Positions 56,845 through 64,000 of a stretch of 64,000 nucleotides of DNA are shown piece after piece. Position 1 is the first letter of the stretch. Every line of letters starts with the position of its first letter. The notes under the pieces were generated by a model. The model worked only from the letters and a program-made list of their open reading frames with translations. It did no database searches and was not told the origin of the DNA. Position numbers and translations under genes: made by a program. This DNA comes from an uncultured SAR86 cluster bacterium (lineage in GTDB: Bacteria; Pseudomonadota; Gammaproteobacteria; Magnimaribacterales; D2472): positions 51,896-115,895 of the forward strand of contig CABXJR010000001.1 in assembly GCA_902512655.1 (NCBI GenBank), written 5' to 3'.

Positions 56845-58134
56845 TTATTTTGTTTTAGTGAGTTGTTTTAGTCTGGATTTAAGAACTTTTAAATCTAAAT
56901 TATATGCTGAACCAGATGAAGAATTTTTTCTCGACAAACCTTTCGCAATAAACTCTTTGCCTTGATTAGACTTAATTTTTAAATAAGCTTCTCTAAAAGG
57001 TACGCCTGATTGTACTAATTCATATGTACGATCTGTCATTAACATCCCCTTATCAATAAATTCACTTGATCTAGATAGGTTAACTTTTATTGATTTCACC
57101 AAATCAGGTAATAGATCTAATGTCTTTAAGACGCAATGGATAGAATAAATAAGAGATCTCTTGGTAAGTTGCAGATCACGATGATATCCACTAGGTAGAG
57201 ATATTAAATTCTCTAATTCTGCATAATGCCCAGCCACCACAGCATAGTTAGCTCTCATTATCTCTATTGCATCTGGATTAGATTTATTAGGCATGATAGA
57301 TGAGCCAGTTAAATACTTTGATGCGACACTCAATAAATTAAACTCCTGAGAAAAAAAAATACTTATATCCCAAGAAAATTTTCGAACATCCAGCATGGGT
57401 TGTTTCAATGAACCTATTAACTCTAATTCAAACTTACCTCTACTATTTTGGACATATAGGCTGTTTAATTGTTTTCTTTTAAAGTTTAACTCTTTGGTTG
57501 ATATGTCACGCTTAATGGGAAGGTTGACCCCATATCCAGCCGCTGAACCCAATGGATTGGTATTCATCCACGACTGAGTATTTGATATCAAATTGACATT
57601 ATCAAGAAAAGACTCAGCAAAAGCTCCAAACCACAAACCCCATGTAGATGGCATGGCTCTTTGCAAGTGAGTATAGCCTGGCATGGGATCCGATGAATGC
57701 TTTTCAGCCTTATCCAAAAATGATTTAGCAATCTTTAAATTAATTGATTGAATCTCATCTAATTTTGCTCTTGCATAAAGACGCATAGCTACCATTACCT
57801 GATCATTCCTACTTCTTCCAGTATGAATTTTCTTACCCACTGAACCAAGCTCTTTAGTTAAGAAATCCTCAATAGCAGAATGGCAATCTTCGTATCTGGA
57901 AGTTAGTTTAAATTTCTTTGCCTTAAATAGCTTTGCAAGCTTCTTCAAAGAAGAAATAACTTTCTTAGCCTCAGATTTATTTAAAATATTAATATTCTCT
58001 AATTCATGCGCATGAGCAATAGATGCCTCAATGTCATACAGGAATATCTCTTGATCTAGAGTTATATCCTCACTCGATAAAAAATTATCGATTGCAGAAT
58101 TTTTATCTTTTGAGTCTTGATTCCAAATTTTCAT
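56845..58134 (-). CDS. argH: Argininosuccinate lyase
   Basis: Fumarate-lyase signature GSSIMPNKSNPD, TGRSRNDQV, GYTHLQRAMP. Confidence 0.9.
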   Translation of the reverse strand: MKIWNQDSKDKNSAIDNFLSSEDITLDQEIFLYDIEASIAHAHELENINILNKSEAKKVISSLKKLAKLFKAKKFKLTSRYEDCHSAIEDFLTKELGSVGKKIHTGRSRNDQVMVAMRLYARAKLDEIQSINLKIAKSFLDKAEKHSSDPMPGYTHLQRAMPSTWGLWFGAFAESFLDNVNLISNTQSWMNTNPLGSAAGYGVNLPIKRDISTKELNFKRKQLNSLYVQNSRGKFELELIGSLKQPMLDVRKFSWDISIFFSQEFNLLSVASKYLTGSSIMPNKSNPDAIEIMRANYAVVAGHYAELENLISLPSGYHRDLQLTKRSLIYSIHCVLKTLDLLPDLVKSIKVNLSRSSEFIDKGMLMTDRTYELVQSGVPFREAYLKIKSNQGKEFIAKGLSRKNSSSGSAYNLDLKVLKSRLKQLTKTK

Positions 58135-58136
58135 AA

Positions 58137-59066
58137 TTACATTATCCCCAAGTTATCTTCCCATCCAAATGCAGAATTTAAATTTTGAACAGCTTGGGTT
58201 GCTCCACCTTTAAGGAGGTTATCAAGAGCGCAACAAAAAGTCAGCCTATTAATTTCATTATCAATTTCAAATCCTCCAATTATTACATTTGAAGTCTTTT
58301 GAACCTCTTGCATGTTAGGAAGTGTTTCATGAATAGAAATTAATTTATTCTCTTTATAAAAATCAAAAAATAAGTTGTATATTTCCTTAGTATTTTTAGT
58401 CTCAGAAAGCATAAAATTTCCTGTCATCAGGATACCTCGAAAGAAATTACCAACATGTGGGGTAAATAGAATCTTTGAGTAGCTATGTGCTTTAGCTTCT
58501 CTTTCATGAAGATGCGAGACAAGTGAGTATGGAAGAATATTATCTTTAAGAACTTTTTGATCATTTCTATCATTGGGAGATGCGCCTGCGCCACTATACC
58601 CAGAGACACCATACAAATTTACTGAACCTTTTAAAATATTTTTAAGAGGAGTTAGCATGAATTGTATTGCGGACGCATAGCATCCAGGATTACTTATTCT
58701 GTTCGATCTAACCTGCTTTGATAGTTCAGGGATTCTATACTCCCACGCATCATCAAAACGATGATCTGAGCTCAAGTCAATAATGATTGAATTTGCATTA
58801 TGGCGTTGGATTAAATTAATATATTTTTCGGATTCATTATCTGGCAAAGCTAAAATGAAGGCATCTTCATCAGCCAAAACTATATTATCTATGCTTAGAT
58901 CTTGATATAACAAAGCAACATCAGCATCAAGATTCACTGGCTGACCAACTTTTGATGAAGAAAAAACTGAGCTAATGTTTATATGCTCATGATTAGCCAG
59001 AAGCTCTATGATTTCTTGACCAACATAACCCCTTCCACCTAACAAACCTACTTTTTTAATATCCAT
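58137..59066 (-). CDS. argC: N-acetyl-gamma-glutamyl-phosphate reductase (short form)
   Basis: GGRGYVGQE Rossmann motif and active-site ISNPGCYA. 309 aa. Confidence 0.9.
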   Translation of the reverse strand: MDIKKVGLLGGRGYVGQEIIELLANHEHINISSVFSSSKVGQPVNLDADVALLYQDLSIDNIVLADEDAFILALPDNESEKYINLIQRHNANSIIIDLSSDHRFDDAWEYRIPELSKQVRSNRISNPGCYASAIQFMLTPLKNILKGSVNLYGVSGYSGAGASPNDRNDQKVLKDNILPYSLVSHLHEREAKAHSYSKILFTPHVGNFFRGILMTGNFMLSETKNTKEIYNLFFDFYKENKLISIHETLPNMQEVQKTSNVIIGGFEIDNEINRLTFCCALDNLLKGGATQAVQNLNSAFGWEDNLGIM

Positions 59067-60377
59067 TTAAATCACACTTTTAGGTTTATTGATAGCATAC
59101 TCAATGCAATCTTTAAGAGCGCCATAATCAGATATACCAATCCAAAAAATATGCCACTCATCTTGCTTCTGACAACCTTCACAAATTGATGTGTAAAAAC
59201 TATTAATGGGATTATTAGGTCGCGATCGCCAAAAAACTTGGGGATAGACTTTTCGCATTTCATGCCAGATACCTGCTCCCAAACCTTCACCTTTTGCTTC
59301 AGGGATAACTCCAAACTTATCCATGTATGGAATTGAAAAGTCATTTGAAATAGCAATCGTAGCTCGCTTGCATGAGGTCATGAAAATCTTTAGATTATTG
59401 GAATTATCAAAAAAATTATCTGCTAACTTTCCGCTAAATGAAGTTTCTATAATATTTTTAAATTGCTTCTCTGTTTCTTGGTTGGGTAATTCATGCTGAA
59501 CAACACTATAACCGTGCTTAATTAAGGTGCCTGACCCAGAATCGGTAAAAAGTTCTTTTGGAAGATTAACTGGCTCTGTAATGGAAACAGAGGCGGTCTT
59601 TGGTAAATAATCTAGTAAAGACTTAATTTGCTCAAGCTTTAACTTCATCCCAGAATGAAGCCACTCTTCCTGCATAAGCTCATCATACTCAAGGGCTAAG
59701 TTAATAGTCGGAATAAGCTGACCATTTTTATTAAATATCCCTCCGGTTTCTGATAAAAATATAGCTTTGTAAGGATTGATAGATTTTACTAATTCAACAG
59801 TGGCAATATCAGCATTAATATTGAGCATCTCGTTTTCTTGATGACCTATTGGTGCTATTACTGGTATAGAGTCTGATTCTAATGTTTCATTAATTAACTT
59901 AATGTTAATTGTTTGAATTGCACCCACATAACCTAGATCAGAATTCTCCTGCGTACATTCAAATATGTTAGAAATAAGGCTTGTTGCAGTTGCTCCTTGG
60001 GCTTCTAAGGCTTGGACAATCTTCTTGTTTGTTTCGCTGAATACTGAGTGGGCAACATCTCTAACTTTTGATGAAGTAACTCTCTGGCCATCAATAAAAG
60101 AAAAATCAATTTTCTGATCTTCTAAAGCTGCTGATAGCATTGGACCAGCACCATGGAGTATTACAGGTTTGAGGCCTACCTGGTTTAGAAATATCAATGA
60201 TGAGATGAGATTTTTGAGATCATTTTCAATTACCGATCCCCCGACCTTAATTACTGCAAAACGTTGTTCTGGAGAGGAGAATTTTTCAATATATTTTTTA
60301 ATCTCTTTCTCAGAACCTATAGCGCCAAGGAGTTTTAAAATAGTATCTTTTATAAAGTTATTAGATAAATTGCTCAT
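59067..60377 (-). CDS. argB: Bifunctional N-acetylglutamate synthase/kinase type protein (AAK domain plus C-terminal acetyltransferase-like domain)
   Basis: N-terminal amino-acid-kinase motifs (VIKVGGSVI, PVILHGAGP, LNINADIA) are followed by about 150 aa of extra C-terminal domain. Position and size match the Xanthomonas-type ArgA/B. Confidence 0.75.
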   Translation of the reverse strand: MSNLSNNFIKDTILKLLGAIGSEKEIKKYIEKFSSPEQRFAVIKVGGSVIENDLKNLISSLIFLNQVGLKPVILHGAGPMLSAALEDQKIDFSFIDGQRVTSSKVRDVAHSVFSETNKKIVQALEAQGATATSLISNIFECTQENSDLGYVGAIQTINIKLINETLESDSIPVIAPIGHQENEMLNINADIATVELVKSINPYKAIFLSETGGIFNKNGQLIPTINLALEYDELMQEEWLHSGMKLKLEQIKSLLDYLPKTASVSITEPVNLPKELFTDSGSGTLIKHGYSVVQHELPNQETEKQFKNIIETSFSGKLADNFFDNSNNLKIFMTSCKRATIAISNDFSIPYMDKFGVIPEAKGEGLGAGIWHEMRKVYPQVFWRSRPNNPINSFYTSICEGCQKQDEWHIFWIGISDYGALKDCIEYAINKPKSVI

Positions 60378-61441
60378 TGAATTATCTTCTTAAAATCAAT
60401 TAATGCTTGATTTAGCTCCTCAAGGTCTACTGATTCATTAGGTTGATGAGCATTAGCAATATCACCCGGACCATAAACAATTGCTCTATAACCTGCTTCA
60501 CTAAATAAAGAAGCTTCTGTCCAGAAATTTACAGGTGGAGATAAATTCAAACCCAATTCACTTGCAAATAATTCTAAATCAGCAATATCTCCATTTGCAG
60601 GCAATGCAGGAGCAACGAATCCAGAAGTAAATTTTGAATTATTTTGAGTTGATTCAGCATTTAATTCTTGCAATAACTCATCAAAAGACTGTCCTGGCAA
60701 AGGCCTCATGCCAAATTTAACTTGAGCATGGTCAGCAATAATATTGGGCTTAATACCCCCTTCAACTAAACCTAGATTAAAAGCAATGCCTTTTAAATCC
60801 TTAAATGATGTCTCGTCGTGTGATTGAGCAACCTTCAGGGCTGCATCCGACCACCGTGTTAATTTATGAATTGCATTATCGCTCATGGCTCTTTGCTCTG
60901 AGCTATGCCCAGCAAGACCAAAAAATTCCTGTGTACCAGTCACAATACCTCTATGACATGTTACGGCCATATTTTGAGTAGGTTCTGCAACAATCACGCC
61001 CTCAAAAGCTGGTCTTGTTTTTATATATTCCTTGATACAAGTACTTTGACCAGCCTCTTCATCTGTCGAAAATAAGATTGCGTAATCCTTCAAACCATTC
61101 TCGATCAATGTCAATAAACATGCTGCGGCTCCTTTAATATCACAAGCACCAAGCCCAATGGCTTTTCCTTTCTTGGTGATTAAATCATAAGGGTTAGATT
61201 GCCAACCATCGCCAGCTGGAACTGTATCTAAATGAACATTAACGAGATATTTTGGTGAACCTGAGGCAATAAGAATGTTAAATGAGCCATCTCCTAAATC
61301 TATTACCTTAGGATCAATAAAATCTAATGAGTCTAAATATTTAATTAGGCCTGATTGCTCTATCCTTCGCGGAGGGTTTGAGGTGTCGCATGCAACTAGA
61401 GCTTTTAAATGTTTTAAAGTTAGCTCTAGGTCTGCATTCAT
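60374..61441 (-). CDS. argE: Acetylornithine/acetylcitrulline deacetylase (M20 peptidase family)
   Basis: HLDTVPAG, GACDIKGAAA, STDEEAG: M20 metal-ligand and catalytic motifs. Confidence 0.8.
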   Translation of the reverse strand: MNADLELTLKHLKALVACDTSNPPRRIEQSGLIKYLDSLDFIDPKVIDLGDGSFNILIASGSPKYLVNVHLDTVPAGDGWQSNPYDLITKKGKAIGLGACDIKGAAACLLTLIENGLKDYAILFSTDEEAGQSTCIKEYIKTRPAFEGVIVAEPTQNMAVTCHRGIVTGTQEFFGLAGHSSEQRAMSDNAIHKLTRWSDAALKVAQSHDETSFKDLKGIAFNLGLVEGGIKPNIIADHAQVKFGMRPLPGQSFDELLQELNAESTQNNSKFTSGFVAPALPANGDIADLELFASELGLNLSPPVNFWTEASLFSEAGYRAIVYGPGDIANAHQPNESVDLEELNQALIDFKKIIQ

Positions 61442-62634
61442 TTTTTCTTATGAATAGAAGACCAAGTTGATGTGCTTTGACCAATTAACTTAATAAATCC
61501 TTTAGATTCTACCTCTGACCAAGTTGCAGACTGAGCATAAGCTCCCTCCGGACTCTTTAGAATATTCTTTGATTTCACAGCAACTGCATCAACTCGACCT
61601 GGAGTAAGATTCAAAGTAACTTCGCCAGAAACAGTTTTTTGAGAATCAAACAAAAATGCCTCTAGGTTTTCTCTTAATGGCTCAAAATAAAACCCTCGAT
61701 ATACAAGGTTTACCCATTCCTGACCAACCTGAGTCTTCACAACATTTTGTTTGTCAGTTAATACTGCCTCTTCTAAGGCTCTGTGAGCAGACATCAAAAT
61801 AGTTATGCCAGGTGCTTCAAATACAAATCTACCCTTTAACCCAATAATTGTATCGCTTGAAAAAACTGATCGCCCTATTCCAAATGAACCTCCGAGAATA
61901 TTTAAAGTTCTTAAAAAATCAGCTCCTTGCATTTTCTTACCATTGATAGAAACAACTTTTCCTCTAAGAAATTTGATTTTTAGGGTTTTTGGTCTTTTTG
62001 GATATTGATGAGGTAACTTGCACAAAACAAAACTTTCGCTTGATGGTTCTTCCCATTCATCAATTTCACTTCCTGAAATTGTTGCTCCCATGAGGTTTTC
62101 ATTGATGCTGTATTTTTTATGCAATGAGGAAACCTTAAAGCCTTTTTCTTGCAAATAATCCTCTTCGTATCCTCTAACATTTTTTGTAATATTTTGAATC
62201 TCTCGTATTGGGGTGATAATGTTGTAATTCCCATGAGCCCTAATAGATAGATCAAATCTAATTTGATCATTGCCCATGCCTGTGCACCCATGAGCGATAT
62301 CTTTGGTTTTTAATTTTTTACATAATTTAATTGATTCTTTAACTATTAAGTATCTATCTGAACAAAGTGCTGGATACTTATTTTGATACAGAGCTCCAGA
62401 TTGAACTAATGGGATTAAAATTTCAGACCACAAGCTCTTTTCTACATTAATGTTGATATGTTTTTTTGCCCCTAATTCATTGGCTCTTTTTGTTATTGCT
62501 TGCTCCTCTTTAACAGAGATGCCTCCTGTGTTTACGAATAAAGTGTGAACTTCATAACCTTGATCAATTAGATATGGAATACAAAAACTTGTATCTAAAC
62601 CCCCTGAAAATGCTAATACTACTTTCTTGCTCAT
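61438..62634 (-). CDS. argG: Argininosuccinate synthase
   Basis: VVLAFSGGLDTS P-loop, AHGCTGMGNDQIRF, 398 aa. Confidence 0.95.
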   Translation of the reverse strand: MSKKVVLAFSGGLDTSFCIPYLIDQGYEVHTLFVNTGGISVKEEQAITKRANELGAKKHININVEKSLWSEILIPLVQSGALYQNKYPALCSDRYLIVKESIKLCKKLKTKDIAHGCTGMGNDQIRFDLSIRAHGNYNIITPIREIQNITKNVRGYEEDYLQEKGFKVSSLHKKYSINENLMGATISGSEIDEWEEPSSESFVLCKLPHQYPKRPKTLKIKFLRGKVVSINGKKMQGADFLRTLNILGGSFGIGRSVFSSDTIIGLKGRFVFEAPGITILMSAHRALEEAVLTDKQNVVKTQVGQEWVNLVYRGFYFEPLRENLEAFLFDSQKTVSGEVTLNLTPGRVDAVAVKSKNILKSPEGAYAQSATWSEVESKGFIKLIGQSTSTWSSIHKKK

Positions 62635-62643
62635 TATTTATAC

Positions 62644-63636
62644 CTATAAAATTTTACTTAACATGGACTTTTGAACATGCTTTCTATTTGCTGCTTCTTT
62701 TACTGCTAGGCAATAGTCAGCATCCATGACAGCATCAGTTGCTTTAATATTTCTTCTTAAGGGCAGGCAATGACTAAATACAGCATTGTTAGTGAGGCTC
62801 ATCTTTGATTCATCAACAATAAAGCGCTTGTATTGATTATTGCTTGCTATCTGCTCATCTTCTCTTCCATAGTGACTGAGGCAACCCCAGCTTTTTGCAT
62901 AAACAATATCGGCATTTAAATAAGCGCTATCAATATCATAAGAAATATCAAATAAAGCTCCCTCAGATTCACAATTATCTTTTGCCGCTTTAAGGTATCT
63001 ATCATCGAGATGGTAGTTTTCAGAGGGGCATAATAATTTAACATTCATGCCAAATTTACTAGCTATCAAAAGACTTGAATTAGCTACTGCTGTGTTTAAT
63101 GGTTTAGGGTGGTAAGTCCAAGTAAGCAAATAATCTTTGCCCTGCAAATCATCAAAATGTTCTTGTAAAGTTAAAAGATGAGCGAGTTCTTGGCATGGGT
63201 GTTCAATCGTCTCCATGTTAACAACAGGCACAGATGAATATTTTGCAAAACTATTAATAACAGAGTCTGTTCTATCTTGATCCCAATCCTGAAACTTAGG
63301 AAAAGCTCTAATTGCAATACAATCACAGTAGGATGAAAGCACTTGCGCAACCTCTTTTACATGTTCTTCTGACTCTCCATCCATGACAATATTTTCTTCA
63401 AATTCAATCGGCCAGGCATCCTTTCCAGGCTGAAGGATAACTGCAGTACCAGAAAGCTCACTAATGCCTACTTCAAAACTAGTTTTTGTTCTTAGAGAAG
63501 GGTTAAAAAACAGCATTGCAATTGATTTATTCTTTAGGAGAGGTTGATAGGGATTTTTTTTAAGCTCAATTGCAAAATCAATAATATCCTGAAGCTCTGA
63601 TCGGGACCAATGTTGAGTTGTAATAAAATTCTTCAT
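62644..63636 (-). CDS. argF': N-acetylornithine carbamoyltransferase (AOTCase-type transcarbamylase)
   Basis: Near-colinear with my memory of X. campestris AOTCase: FFNPSLRTKTSFE, LQPGKDAWPIEFE, VVNMETIEHPCQELAHLLTLQEHF, LTWTYHPKPLNTAVANS, FSHCLPLRRNIKATDAVMD. Confidence 0.85.
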   Translation of the reverse strand: MKNFITTQHWSRSELQDIIDFAIELKKNPYQPLLKNKSIAMLFFNPSLRTKTSFEVGISELSGTAVILQPGKDAWPIEFEENIVMDGESEEHVKEVAQVLSSYCDCIAIRAFPKFQDWDQDRTDSVINSFAKYSSVPVVNMETIEHPCQELAHLLTLQEHFDDLQGKDYLLTWTYHPKPLNTAVANSSLLIASKFGMNVKLLCPSENYHLDDRYLKAAKDNCESEGALFDISYDIDSAYLNADIVYAKSWGCLSHYGREDEQIASNNQYKRFIVDESKMSLTNNAVFSHCLPLRRNIKATDAVMDADYCLAVKEAANRKHVQKSMLSKIL

Positions 63637-64000
63637 CTTAATTTATAAAACCACGCCATTTCTGGGGGTTATTAGATAGATCTTCGTCTTCTATTGATTG
63701 GGGTTGGAGATGAAACAAATGCACCCATGCAACATAGCTTATTTAGCCATATTGCTTGGTTAGACGATCTTGTTGACCTTATTGCTTTGTTCATAGTGAT
63801 GGAAGTATGCAAGAAAAAACCTATAAATCCAATATTATTCATAAAAAAATGGGTCTTATACTCCCTTCAAAATTAAAAATTTTTATTATTTTGCGCCCGA
63901 ATGAAAACCTTCATTTAACTTAAATTGCGCTATTTAAAATTTCAAAAGATAATATCAATATGACACTCAAAGATTTAATTGATGAAGCCCATGCAATAGT

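Noticed and set aside
63694-63876. 60-aa + strand ORF in the argF' upstream region
   Set aside because: Short, with no motif and no plausible ribosome-binding context. It probably lies in the promoter region of the arg operon.
63900-63915. Inverted repeat AATGAA-aacc-TTCATT upstream of the arg cluster, considered as an ARG box
   Set aside because: The half-site spacing (TGAA-N4-TTCA) is 2 nt shorter than the ArgR consensus (TGAAT-N4-ATTCA). It is about 265 nt from the argF' start and closer to an unrelated + strand gene that begins at 63960.
1-64000. Search for CRISPR arrays, rRNA genes, integrases or transposases, toxin-antitoxin pairs or recognisable phage-defence operons
   Set aside because: I found no regularly spaced short repeats. 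No ORF shows tyrosine or serine recombinase, DDE transposase, Cas, restriction-modification or other defence hallmarks. The MoxR-VWA pair looks like a housekeeping CoxD/E-type chaperone pair rather than a defence module.

Overview
This is an AT-rich window, roughly one-third GC by eye. It is densely coding and looks like a streamlined marine gammaproteobacterium. Three things point that way: an E. coli-type LexA box, a TonB-dependent receptor, and many lipid, CoA and hydrolase genes. The lineage is inferred. All protein calls come from motifs I recognised by eye in the supplied translations; no database search was possible.

Core content:
- A translationally coupled MoxR/VWA/permease/ABC/queF operon.
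- tatD, two family-III CoA-transferases, an MMPL/RND exporter, and bolA-ogt.
- A PhoD-like phosphatase, amidohydrolases, and a photolyase-related protein.
- A BVMO-sulfatase-esterase operon.
- An indoleamine-2,3-dioxygenase homologue next to a CinA-like/adenylyltransferase-like fusion.
- pyk, glcB, a GH2 hydrolase, an FG-GAP lipoprotein and a TonB-dependent receptor.
- A Xanthomonas-type arginine cluster: argF'(AOTCase)-argG-argE-argA/B-argC-argH.
- Three intact tRNAs, all on the minus strand: Ser-GGA, Gly-UCC and Gly-GCC.

Most unusual observations:
1. Two 257-bp, 100% identical promoter-to-terminator modules encode a purine-rich, ATG-free RNA of about 220 nt. Each sits 74-78 nt upstream of a sugar-phosphorylation or glycolysis gene (a LacI-HTH::glucokinase-family fusion and pyruvate kinase). 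They also bracket a 3.1-kb three-gene segment as direct repeats.
2. An array of tRNA-Gly(GCC) fragments (two 3' pieces, one intact gene, one 5' piece with its own diverged upstream flank) delimits three integrase-less islets. One islet carries norCB (cNOR) behind an FNR/Dnr-type box.
3. A terminator-containing structured leader precedes a DMT/EamA transporter gene.
4. A MarR-like regulator is interrupted by a single in-frame TAA.

I saw no CRISPR array, rRNA, transposase or integrase.
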